DNA of 63,571 nucleotides from an uncultured Clostridia bacterium. GTDB lineage: Bacteria > Bacillota > Clostridia > Oscillospirales > CAG-272. Shown here piece after piece: positions 10,135 through 19,225 of the stretch. Below the pieces are notes generated by a model. That model saw nothing but the letters and a program-made list of their open reading frames with translations, did no database searches and had not been told where the DNA came from. The DNA lies in assembly GCA_945929845.1 (NCBI GenBank), contig CAMEON010000005.1:1-63571 (forward strand), in the 5' to 3' direction. The position numbers and the translations under genes are program-made. Positions within the stretch are counted from its first letter, which is position 1. Each line of letters opens with the position of its first letter.

Positions 10135-10209
10135 ACCTGTTACCTCCGAATGTTAACAGTAAAATAATGGTTGAATAAAAATACAGAGCCACAAACCGTG
10201 ACCCTGTAT

Positions 10210-10238
10210 ATTATAGAACATTTGCAAGTGAATGTCAA
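10210..10238 (-). promoter_or_regulatory. SigA promoter of serC-serA
   Basis: TTGACA-N17-TATAAT on the minus strand. Confidence 0.75.
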
Positions 10239-10378
10239 TAGTTTTTGCAAAAATTCCTGACTTCCGTGGCTGTGGTTGGCACAGGAGAAAATACTATAAC
10301 CAAGTAAAGCAGAAAAATTGCAAATACACGCACGAATCCTTACGAAAGTGCGTGCGGCCATCCGGTAAGGAGGGGCAG

Positions 10379-10945
10379 TCACGCCCCGGCGGCGGCCCGG
10401 ATGGCGGCGGCCACCAAGTCAGCACAAAGAGCGACACCCTTGTCGTTCAGATGGATCCTGTCCTCACAGATCAGCCCCGTCACATCCGCCCGCACCGGGG
10501 TGTACAGATCGTCAATGAGGATGTCACCCTCTTTGGCATAGGCATCCAGGATCGCCTGATTGTAATCCCGGATCCGGTCGGCGGTGTGCCCGGGCATTCT
10601 GGGATCCGGCACTGTGGTGGTGGCAAAGATCAGATGCCCGCCGGGAGCCAGATAGGATCGCAGGATCCGGGCGATGCGTACCATGGTGTCCACATAGACA
10701 GGGAGCGGCGTGAAGGGGCCGTCGCCGAACAGGTCGCAGGTGTCCCACAGGCCGCAGTTGAAGTGGATGACAGCCGCTCCCCGGATGGTGTCGGCATAGT
10801 CGTAGAGCATGCGCAGGGTGTACGAGGCGAACCGGCCATTATCCTCCGGTTGCCAGACCGTAAAGTTCGAGCCGAGGAGGGTCGGCACACGGGGGCCGTA
10901 CCCCAACAGGCGGATGGAGTCGCCGAGCAGAATAACCTTTTTCAT
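10379..10945 (-). CDS. SGNH/GDSL hydrolase (esterase)
   Basis: Start MKKVILLGDSI after AAGGAG; blocks GDS, NCGLWD and DRIH. Confidence 0.85.
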   Translation of the reverse strand: MKKVILLGDSIRLLGYGPRVPTLLGSNFTVWQPEDNGRFASYTLRMLYDYADTIRGAAVIHFNCGLWDTCDLFGDGPFTPLPVYVDTMVRIARILRSYLAPGGHLIFATTTVPDPRMPGHTADRIRDYNQAILDAYAKEGDILIDDLYTPVRADVTGLICEDRIHLNDKGVALCADLVAAAIRAAAGA

Positions 10946-10994
10946 ATGATCAATCTCCTTTACCCTTGCAGGGTGATGATGAGTCAGACGGTTT

Positions 10995-11158
10995 AAGGAA
11001 CCGCTGATTGATTCGGCGGCACATCTTCGGCACATCTTTTCCCGCCTGCTTCTTGCCGAAAAACTGGATGTACATCCAGTACATCTTGCGTTTTTCGCAA
11101 TCGCAGACGAAAAAATCTGTGCCGGATCTGCACCACCTCATTCAATCAGCGTTTCCTT
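10995..11158. repeat. Complete palindromic repeat family A element (~165 bp, REPIN/MITE-like)
   Basis: Terminal inverted repeats aaggaaccgctgattga / tcaatcagcgtttcctt; arms pair internally; central palindrome ctggatgtacatccag. Confidence 0.8.
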
Positions 11159-11162
11159 CGCA

Positions 11163-11789
11163 TCATTCCTCCCGGACGCAGATCAGCTCCTTGGCGTAAG
11201 GAAGGGACAGGATCCAGTCGCAGAGGGTATGCCACTCGGCCAGCTTGTGGGCGCGCCGGGCGTAGTAGATGTTGATGAGGTTCTCGTAATTCATCGTGAC
11301 CGTGCGCATCTGATTGTAGGAGGTGGGCAGAAGCTGGATCATGTTGTGCCAGGGCTGCCGGTTCTCCTTGTCGGACAGGTACTTCTGCCGCTCGGATTCC
11401 AGGTAGGCGATGGTGGCATCCAGCATAGCCAGTCCCCCCTCATCCAGCCGGTCGTGGGAGAAGTCCTCCCGCTCAAAGGCCTTGGCGTGGATCTTGTGCA
11501 TGGTGGAGGTGGAATTGGCTACTGTGCCCACCTTGTAGGTGTCAAACTCCTTCCACCAGTACAAGGGGGCGGTGATGTCCACCGACACGAAGATCTGCCG
11601 CAGGTACTTGCGGTGGTCACTGCCGGAGCGGGCCAGCCGCCGGGCCAGGTCAAGGTCGTTGGGCCCCAGCACATACTGGCCTTCGCTGTCGTAGGCACTG
11701 TCCATCCTTCCCCAACTGTTCAAGGGGTTCCTGGCCCCCCGGATGGCATTTTCAAAATTCATGACGGATGTATTTGCAGTCTTCAGCAT
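11163..11789 (-). CDS. Conserved hypothetical protein, ThyX/Thy1-like fold (non-canonical)
   Basis: AIRGARNPLNSW, HRKYLRQI.V.VDITAPLYWWKEFDTYKVG and LLPTSYNQ.RTV.MNYENL...R..HKL.EW resemble the ThyX layout; canonical RHR motif absent. Confidence 0.6.
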   Translation of the reverse strand: MLKTANTSVMNFENAIRGARNPLNSWGRMDSAYDSEGQYVLGPNDLDLARRLARSGSDHRKYLRQIFVSVDITAPLYWWKEFDTYKVGTVANSTSTMHKIHAKAFEREDFSHDRLDEGGLAMLDATIAYLESERQKYLSDKENRQPWHNMIQLLPTSYNQMRTVTMNYENLINIYYARRAHKLAEWHTLCDWILSLPYAKELICVREE

Positions 11790-11831
11790 ATAGGCGGTTC
11801 CTTTCGTTTCACTTTCATGGCTTTTTGCCTG

Positions 11832-13811
11832 TCAGACCCGGGTCAGGGTGTACCCGCTCTCGCAGAGGACGGTCTCCCCCACCGGGACAGACCCTTCCGG
11901 CCAGAGGACATAGACCCGTGCATCCCCGTACCCGGCAGGCCGCTCCACCATCGGTACCCCCTCTTCCATGCGGCAGGTGATGACATTCAGACCGCCGTAG
12001 ATGTTGGCATCCGAGAAGGCAAAGGTCGGTGCATCTCCCGGCTTCCGGAGGAGCAGCATGACCCCGCCATGGGGGTTGACATTCTCCACCGTGACGCAGT
12101 CACGGAAGCCCAGGGCCTTGCCCTTGATGCAGTCCACCACCAGGGCACCCTGCATACCCACCCTGTCCAGGTCGAAGTGGATATCCGCCATGGTGTCCCC
12201 CAGATTGTACAAGGCCAGGAACTTGGTGTCCGCCCCATAGTCCAGTATGTAGGCGGTTGGCTCCGGACGCTGGAAGTAGTCCACCGGGCGACCGGGGATG
12301 TCCAGCGGCGGCAGGAGGCGGGTGTACAGCCTCCGCCGCCCCGGACTCAGCTTTTCCAGCTCATCGTTGGACAGCACCGACCCGCCGGACATGGCCACGG
12401 CGATGGCCCACAGCTCCGCCTCGGAGTAGGAGCAATTGAAGCCGTCCCCGATGTCAATGTCCCGGAGAACCACGCCGTCCGGATCGTTGACATACACCCG
12501 GCGGTGGTAGAAGTACCGCCAGGAGACGGTCTTGAGGCAGTCCTTCATGATCTGCCAGTAGGTGGGGTTGCTCTTGCTCTTCCCCCAGATGATGTCGCAG
12601 GACATCCGGGCACCGTTGAGGATCCCGGCTCCGACCAAGGTCTGTGCCCCACAGGACAAGAGGAACACATCCTCCCCCACGGTCTCTCGGATGGTCATCA
12701 ACGCCCGGCGCAGTACCTCCATGCAGAAGCCGTCCTTGAAGGTGACGAAGGTTCCCCGGCCGTTGAAATAGCGCACCGAAGCGGCCAGAAAGTCCAGCTT
12801 GAAGTAGCGGGCACCGTACTCGTCCACCATCCGGCGGAAGGTCTTGCGCAGGTGGGAAAGGTACCGGGGATCGCCCAGGTCAAAGGGGTGGTAGTGGTCG
12901 CCCAGCGTGACCTCCTCCCGGGCTATATCCCGGAGGGCGGGATAGTATTCCGACTGATCGTCCAGCATACAGGGGGCCAGCCACAGGCCGAAGGTCATGC
13001 CCCGCTCCGTGACATACCGGGCGGTGGCCTCCAGTCCGGAGGGGAACTTGGCCGGGTCGGCTACCCATTCCCCGCAGAAGGAGCCGCACCGCTGCCAGCC
13101 GTCGTCGATCTGGATCAGATTGGGTCGTCCGGCCCCGGCATAGGCGACCTGCCCGTCCGCCGCCCGGCGGATCTTTTCCTCATCCACCGCCCCGTAGTAG
13201 CAGGACCAGGAGCACCATCCGGTGGGCAGGGCACCCTGGGGAACAGCCTGGTTCAGTCGGGCTACCCCATCGGCGTAGGCTTCCAGCAGGGCATTCTCGT
13301 TGTTCAGCCCGCCTGCCACAAGGAATCGCTCCATGACATAATCCTCCCCCTGGTTGAGCGGGCGACCCTCCAGCTCAAAGCGGAGCGTCATGGACAGGGT
13401 CTGCGCTCCCTCCTGACGGCAAAGACGCATGGAGGACCAGAACCGGTGGGCGGTGAGCAGGCCGCACAGGGCGCAGGCTCCGGTTCCGGTGTCCTTCAGC
13501 ACCGCCAGCTCGGCGAAGTGGCGGGTCTCGTTGCCCACATAGGGGAATACCCCGGTGATGTCGTTGGTGTGGGCGGCGTTGTCATAGATCAGCAGGTTTT
13601 CCGGATCGGTCAGGGGCATGGGGAGTCTGACTTCACACAGGAGTGCCGTCAGGCGAAGCCCTTCCTTCCGGGGGGTCAGGGTCAGGGCGTACACGCCCTC
13701 CGACACCTGGGTGCGGAGGGTACAGTCGGCGGTCTCGGCTACCGGGCCACCGGGGAGGACTGTCTCACAGCCCCCCGGGTGGATCAGTACAAGGCGGGTA
13801 CAGGCATTCAC
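11832..13811 (-). CDS. Alpha-galactosidase-like glycoside hydrolase (GH36)
   Basis: TGWCSWSCY, IQIDDGWQ, KFPSGL, FGLWLAP, YFKLDFL, LSCGA, RMSCD, NDPD. Confidence 0.85.
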   Translation of the reverse strand: MNACTRLVLIHPGGCETVLPGGPVAETADCTLRTQVSEGVYALTLTPRKEGLRLTALLCEVRLPMPLTDPENLLIYDNAAHTNDITGVFPYVGNETRHFAELAVLKDTGTGACALCGLLTAHRFWSSMRLCRQEGAQTLSMTLRFELEGRPLNQGEDYVMERFLVAGGLNNENALLEAYADGVARLNQAVPQGALPTGWCSWSCYYGAVDEEKIRRAADGQVAYAGAGRPNLIQIDDGWQRCGSFCGEWVADPAKFPSGLEATARYVTERGMTFGLWLAPCMLDDQSEYYPALRDIAREEVTLGDHYHPFDLGDPRYLSHLRKTFRRMVDEYGARYFKLDFLAASVRYFNGRGTFVTFKDGFCMEVLRRALMTIRETVGEDVFLLSCGAQTLVGAGILNGARMSCDIIWGKSKSNPTYWQIMKDCLKTVSWRYFYHRRVYVNDPDGVVLRDIDIGDGFNCSYSEAELWAIAVAMSGGSVLSNDELEKLSPGRRRLYTRLLPPLDIPGRPVDYFQRPEPTAYILDYGADTKFLALYNLGDTMADIHFDLDRVGMQGALVVDCIKGKALGFRDCVTVENVNPHGGVMLLLRKPGDAPTFAFSDANIYGGLNVITCRMEEGVPMVERPAGYGDARVYVLWPEGSVPVGETVLCESGYTLTRV

Positions 13812-13837
13812 GGTTTCTTTTCTCCTTTACGGTTCTG

Positions 13838-16800
13838 TCAGCTTTCTTTTCTCTTCCTGCGGAAGCAGGCGGCTCCGGCAAGCAGAGCACCAAGACCCAC
13901 AAGGCTACCGGCTGTCACGGTGGAGGCACAGCCCCGGGCAGGAGCGGTGTCGGTTTCGTTCGGTACCTCTCCTGTGGGCGTGTCGGCCGCAGAAACGGTT
14001 TCATCACCGGTTTCTGTCCCTGCATCGGCTTCCGTCTCGGTTTCTGTTTCAGTTTCTGTCTCTGTTTCTGTTTCTGTTTCTGTTTCCACCTGACGCTCAT
14101 CCTCAAGGCCGGAGGCGGTGTAGGCGAAGGCGAAGCGGTCGTTGGGGGCGGTGTCTCCCAGCTCCATGAACCGCATCACATCCCCGGCTACATCGGCGTG
14201 GTCAGCCCACTTGAAGGTGAAGGACATAGCCTCCCCGGCCTTGCCGCCCACCAGCGTTTTGTCCAGAGCGATCATCAGGCTGGACTCACCCAGTACATAG
14301 TCCGCCTGACCCACGGATTCAAACTGCCACTTGCCGTCCACGAACCGTTCCACGCTGACCGTCCTGTCGGTGCGGCTGCGGTTGATGAGGAAGTCGTACC
14401 CCTCCCATCCGGTGGACGGGTCGTTGTCGGCGTTCAGGTACAGGTTCATCCACAACGGGTCGTCCACGGTGATCAGCGGGGTGGCCGTGACTACATAGAA
14501 GTACAGCTTCCCGCTGTCCTGAGAGATCTTGGCATAGGCAATGTCATTGCGGGCGGTGCCGTTGACATAGCGGTATTCGGTAGCCCAGGAGATGTCGCTT
14601 CGGAGGGCGATGTCGCCCACCGTGTCCGTGAAGACCGGCTTGATGTTCTCCCACTGGGCATCCATGTCGGCGGCATCCAGGGTCAGCGTGCCGCCGTTGA
14701 CCGTAGCGGGCGGCGTGATACCCTTGAAGCGGCGGATGTAGGACACCATCTGGTAGTAGTAGTTGTCGCCAAAGCCCACACCGTCCCGGATGCGCATGGG
14801 CTCGCCGTCCCGGCTGTACTCCGGGGACATCTGATCCACCATGTAGTAGCCCGGGGTGGAGGTGCCTCCGGTGATCTGATCCTGATTGGAGGTGGACATG
14901 ACCCCGGCGTACCACTCATTCCAGCCGGTGATCATGATGACCTGCACATCCTGGGTCAGGGCGTACTCAAACTGCTCGGCGAAGAAGTACCCATACTTGG
15001 CTGTACCCAGGGTAAATCCGAATTCGCCCTGATGGTTGTAGGAGGTGTCGTTGCCTGTCAGACTCCGGCCTCGGTTGGTATGGGCGTGGGTGCCCATAGC
15101 CACAGCCATCTGCTCCACGGTGCCATCGGCGTTCTTTCCGGGATCCTGTGGGCTGTTCTGGAGCCAATCCCAGTAGTTGTCGTACTTGCCGGCCTGCCAG
15201 GCCCAGCACTTGCGGACGGTCAGGGTCTCCAGCACATCGTTCAGGCGGGTGTCGTAAAATGCCTTCAGTGCGGTATTGTCGTTGAGCATGGTGGTGAATT
15301 GCTCCCGGGTCTGGGGGGTGGTGGGGGAAACCGTCCATTTGCGGAACCGGCCATTCACCACATTGTCCCCGGTACCATCACTGTTTCCGAGGATCAGCGG
15401 CTTGCCCTCCCACCGGAACAGCAGCTCCTGGTATTCCGGATTCTCCAGGAAGGGAAGCATGGTGTAGATGCCGTTGACAAAGGTGAAAGGCATATCCCCG
15501 AACATGAAGCAGATCTGCGGCGTGTGTCCGCCTTCCCTCCGTATCTCCAGCCAGGTGTCAAAGAGAACCTTTGTGTCATCGGTATAGAAAACATTGTTGG
15601 ACATATCCAGGAAGATGAAGTCCACCCCGGCGGCATCCAGCATGTAGGCGTGCTTGCGGTATACCCAGGCATCGGCACTGGTGTAGTAGCCAAAGTACGG
15701 CTCTGACCAGTAGGCTCCGTTCCGCCCGGCGTAGGAGGACAGGGTAGCACAGAGGGAGTCAAAACCGTCCTCCAAGTACATCCGGGTCACATCGTTGGTG
15801 TGGCGTCCGGCGGTGTAGGTGTGGCACATGAAGTAGAAGATACCCACATACTTCTGCCCATCGGGCGTGTCGGTCTGGGTGGGCGTGGTGCGGCCCAGGT
15901 CGTCGGTGGCTACCCAGGTGGAGTAGTCGGTGGGGAAGGGAGTCCCGATGGTACCTGGCACTACATCAATATGGGTGTAGGACACATTGTCTATGTACCC
16001 TCTGGCCCGGTCGGCCTTTACCGTAGCGTACCCGGCACCGGGCAGGTGGGGGGCGTACATCACGGTCACGCCGTCGGACAGGGTACCTGCCAGGGGGTCA
16101 CACCAGACGGTGCAGACGGTCTGCCCATCGATCAGGACGGACAGGCTGTCCGTGTTGTCGGCAAAGGTCAGGCGGTGGAGGGCGGACAGATCCACCCCTG
16201 TGTCAAAGTCGGCGGTGAATCCGTCCCGATCCTGCACGGAAATATGGCCGTCCGGGGTCAGCGTGAAGGCGATACCGGAGTAGGCCAGGCTGTCGTTCTG
16301 GATGATCTGCCGCAGGGTGACGGTCAGACTGCCGTAGGACAGGACGGTATCAAAGGAAAGACTGCCGCCCCGCAGGCCGTAGTTGTCCCCCACCATCTCC
16401 TTTGTGAAGAAGGCGTAGGAGCCAAAGGCACGGCACCGGAGCTGTCCGTCCAGGATGATGGCATTCTCCAGGGAGTAAAAGCCAAAGCTGTCCCCGGCCA
16501 TGTAGTCGTCCACGGTCTCCGACATATCCATAGTATAAGTGTATTCCTTCCACTTATAGTTGAGCTTCCCGTTCCCGGCAAGCTGTCCCTCCCCGGCAGG
16601 GGCAGGTTGCTCACAGTCGGCGTAGGTGCTGTAATCCGGGGTGGTCTCACCCGGATCCACCGGCTCCTCCTCCCGGTAGTCCTCAAAGTTGTCGTGGAAG
16701 TCCCGGGCCGCCTCCTCGGTCTTGAACAGAGCCATGTAAGCCACATCGGCATAGTGGGAACCCTTCACGGAGGTGAATACATCAAACCGCAGAGCGGTCA

Positions 16801-17773
16801 GCTGGCCGGTGTACAGCCGGTTGGCTCCCAGGTTGAGCAGGACATACTGCCAGTCCTCCCCGGCGGCATAGGTGAAGTGCAGGGAAGCCGCTTCCTGGGT
16901 GTTGCATTCATCGGTGATGAAGAACATCTGTCCCTGACGGGGGGCATCTGCATCCAGCCTGACCTTGATCAGCAGGTACTTGTACGCCGAGGTCTTCACC
17001 GGTGTGCCGGGAATATTCAGGAATGCGTAAGGGTCTCCCGCATCGGTGTTGGGCTTGAAGCGGGTGAAGGACTCCCCGTCCTCCTCCGTGTAGGTGACGG
17101 TCATGGCGTTGATACCGCCGCAGACAGACACACCGCCCGGACTGTCAAAATACATCACCGAGCCCATGTGGGGGGCGGGGTCATACGCCACGGCCACCTG
17201 GGGCACGGTGGGCGTGCCGTACAGGGAGGAGGGCAGGCTCTTGTACTTGACGGAGACAGGCAGGGAAAGGCCGCTGTTGACGGTGCCGTTGACAAAACAG
17301 CGTTGGGACGCATGTCCGCCCCGGGTCATGGCGGATACCCCGGCGGCATCATACAGCACCACCAGGTACTCCCCGGCAGACAGGGGTGCCCCGGCAGGGA
17401 AGGTGAAGGTCAGGTAGGACTTGCCGGAAAGGCCGGTGAAGGTGTGGTCGGCCACCGGGTCACAGAGCAGGGAGGTATCATAGTCCTCCACGAAGGGGAA
17501 CAGGCTGACCCGCACACTGCCGTTGCCGTTCACGGGCAGGGAGAGGGTCACAGCATCCCCGGTGAGGAAGATTTGGGCGACCATGACATCGGATCCACCC
17601 AGGGAGCGGGTACGGTCTGTGCCCGCCGGGGCGAAGGTTACATCGGCATCCGGAGAGGCGGGCTGTGCTTCCGCCGTGTACGACAGGGAAGCAGTGGAAC
17701 CGACAGGCATGGGCGTGATGGCAGCCATACCCAGGGTCAGGAATGCGCAAAGGGTACACAACAGCTTTTTCAT
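13838..17773 (-). CDS. Large secreted multidomain glycanase (GH99/GH71-like catalytic module) with C-terminal membrane anchor
   Basis: Signal peptide MKKLLCTLCAFLTLGMAA; YWSEPYFGYY, AAGVDFIFLD, ITGWNEW, YSRDGEP; (ET)n linker then RGCAS-TM-RRKRK. Confidence 0.7.
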   Translation of the reverse strand: MKKLLCTLCAFLTLGMAAITPMPVGSTASLSYTAEAQPASPDADVTFAPAGTDRTRSLGGSDVMVAQIFLTGDAVTLSLPVNGNGSVRVSLFPFVEDYDTSLLCDPVADHTFTGLSGKSYLTFTFPAGAPLSAGEYLVVLYDAAGVSAMTRGGHASQRCFVNGTVNSGLSLPVSVKYKSLPSSLYGTPTVPQVAVAYDPAPHMGSVMYFDSPGGVSVCGGINAMTVTYTEEDGESFTRFKPNTDAGDPYAFLNIPGTPVKTSAYKYLLIKVRLDADAPRQGQMFFITDECNTQEAASLHFTYAAGEDWQYVLLNLGANRLYTGQLTALRFDVFTSVKGSHYADVAYMALFKTEEAARDFHDNFEDYREEEPVDPGETTPDYSTYADCEQPAPAGEGQLAGNGKLNYKWKEYTYTMDMSETVDDYMAGDSFGFYSLENAIILDGQLRCRAFGSYAFFTKEMVGDNYGLRGGSLSFDTVLSYGSLTVTLRQIIQNDSLAYSGIAFTLTPDGHISVQDRDGFTADFDTGVDLSALHRLTFADNTDSLSVLIDGQTVCTVWCDPLAGTLSDGVTVMYAPHLPGAGYATVKADRARGYIDNVSYTHIDVVPGTIGTPFPTDYSTWVATDDLGRTTPTQTDTPDGQKYVGIFYFMCHTYTAGRHTNDVTRMYLEDGFDSLCATLSSYAGRNGAYWSEPYFGYYTSADAWVYRKHAYMLDAAGVDFIFLDMSNNVFYTDDTKVLFDTWLEIRREGGHTPQICFMFGDMPFTFVNGIYTMLPFLENPEYQELLFRWEGKPLILGNSDGTGDNVVNGRFRKWTVSPTTPQTREQFTTMLNDNTALKAFYDTRLNDVLETLTVRKCWAWQAGKYDNYWDWLQNSPQDPGKNADGTVEQMAVAMGTHAHTNRGRSLTGNDTSYNHQGEFGFTLGTAKYGYFFAEQFEYALTQDVQVIMITGWNEWYAGVMSTSNQDQITGGTSTPGYYMVDQMSPEYSRDGEPMRIRDGVGFGDNYYYQMVSYIRRFKGITPPATVNGGTLTLDAADMDAQWENIKPVFTDTVGDIALRSDISWATEYRYVNGTARNDIAYAKISQDSGKLYFYVVTATPLITVDDPLWMNLYLNADNDPSTGWEGYDFLINRSRTDRTVSVERFVDGKWQFESVGQADYVLGESSLMIALDKTLVGGKAGEAMSFTFKWADHADVAGDVMRFMELGDTAPNDRFAFAYTASGLEDERQVETETETETETETETETETEADAGTETGDETVSAADTPTGEVPNETDTAPARGCASTVTAGSLVGLGALLAGAACFRRKRKES
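14031..14087 (-). repeat. Hexamer (GAAACA-type) coding repeat encoding the (ET)n linker
   Basis: Tandem tttctg units on the plus strand. Confidence 0.85.
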
Positions 17774-17840
17774 AGGTACAGACCTTCCTTTATGTAGAAT
17801 TTGAGGTACCGGTTCACTTTCCGCCTGACCGCCCGGGGCA

Positions 17841-19040
17841 TCAGGGACGGAAGGCATCGAAGAGCGCCTGGATGACAGCCCGGGAGGCTGTCGCCCGGCC
17901 TTGGAGCATCTCGGAGGAGCCGCCGCCACGGGCAGACAGAGCGGATTGGATGGCGGGGGCATACCGCTTCAGATCCAGGGTATCCGAACCCCGGCCGATG
18001 ACATAGGTGTAGCCGGAGTCATCATCGCCGGAGAATACCCCGCACAACAGCCCGCACTTCCCGGCCGCCCGGTTGAGCAGCTGCCGCATGGCCAGGGCGT
18101 CCATCCCCTTGTCAAACAGGCAGATACTGCCCTCTGTCCGGGGCAGGGCGGCGGCCCGGATGTCCCACAGCTCCCGGCGCAGGGTGGCAAGAGCCTTTCC
18201 GGCTTCCTCCAGCTCCGCCTTCATCCGGGCATACCCCTCGACCACATCCCCCTGCCTGGCCGACAGGTCGGCGGCGATGGTGGCCACAGCGGCATAGCGG
18301 CGGCGGTAATCCTCCAGAGCCGGGGCACCGGCCAGCATATGCAGCCGGATGCCGCCCTTGTAGTGCATGGCATCCAGGATCTTGATCAGCCCGATCTCCC
18401 CGGTGTTGTCCACATGGGGCGCGCAGCAGGCACAGCGGTCTATGATGCGGTCGTCACAGCCGACAGTGACGATCCGCACCGACCCGGTCAGTGCCCGCTT
18501 GGAGCGGTAGGTCATGGCGGCCAGCTCCTCCGGGGAGGGGTACTCCGCCCGTACAGGCAGACAGTCCCGGACTACCCGGTTGGCCTCATCCTCGATCTCG
18601 TCCAGTTGCGCCCGGGTCAGCACGCCGCTCACATCCAGCGTCACATCCTCGTCCCCCAAGTGGAAGCCCACATTGTCAAAGCCGTACCGGCTGTGGATCA
18701 GCCCGGACAGAATGTGCTCCCCGGTGTGGCACCGCATCCGGCGCAGGCGGGTCTCCCCGCACACCTGCCCGTCCACGACACTGCCCGCCGGGATGGCCTC
18801 GGAAACGGTATGGGTGATCACGCCCGCATCATCCACCTGCACATCCAGCACGGGAATGCCGTTGATCCGCCCGGTATCGGCGGCCTGTCCGCCCCCCTCC
18901 GGGAAGAAGGCTGTCCTGTCCAGTATGAGGGCGTATGAGCCTGCCGCTTGCCCCGGCGTGCAGGACTGCACACAGGCTGTGAAGGTAAAGAGATGGCTGT
19001 CCCGGTCAAAGAGCCGGACGGTCCTTTCTGTATTTTCCAT
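17841..19040 (-). CDS. Alanyl-tRNA editing protein (AlaX-like with DHHA1 domain)
   Basis: LDRTAFFPEGGGQ, HTGEH (HxxxH), CCAPH (CxxxH), C-terminal RGGGS. Confidence 0.85.
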   Translation of the reverse strand: MENTERTVRLFDRDSHLFTFTACVQSCTPGQAAGSYALILDRTAFFPEGGGQAADTGRINGIPVLDVQVDDAGVITHTVSEAIPAGSVVDGQVCGETRLRRMRCHTGEHILSGLIHSRYGFDNVGFHLGDEDVTLDVSGVLTRAQLDEIEDEANRVVRDCLPVRAEYPSPEELAAMTYRSKRALTGSVRIVTVGCDDRIIDRCACCAPHVDNTGEIGLIKILDAMHYKGGIRLHMLAGAPALEDYRRRYAAVATIAADLSARQGDVVEGYARMKAELEEAGKALATLRRELWDIRAAALPRTEGSICLFDKGMDALAMRQLLNRAAGKCGLLCGVFSGDDDSGYTYVIGRGSDTLDLKRYAPAIQSALSARGGGSSEMLQGRATASRAVIQALFDAFRP

Positions 19041-19100
19041 ATATATAACCATTCCTTTCTTGCGGCCGACTTTCCCGCACGAGCGGATCGGTTCAAATTT

Positions 19101-19154
19101 ATTATATACGAAAAAAAGGCGGTTGTCAATGCTTTCACGCATAAAACAACCGCC
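19101..19154 (-). promoter_or_regulatory. SigA promoter overlapping an intrinsic terminator
   Basis: TTGACA (19124-19129)-N17-TATAAT (19101-19106); stem ggcggttgt/acaaccgcc followed by T7 on the minus strand. Confidence 0.7.
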
Positions 19155-19225
19155 GTACATGTGGATAGGTGTTACCGTTCAGCCACACCTCTCAAGAACT
19201 TTCAAAAACTGATGTCAGGCATGCT

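Noticed and set aside
14031-14087. Hexamer repeat as a phase-variation tract or CRISPR-like array
   Set aside because: In-frame degenerate coding repeat for an ET linker; no spacers; unit changes would not shift the frame
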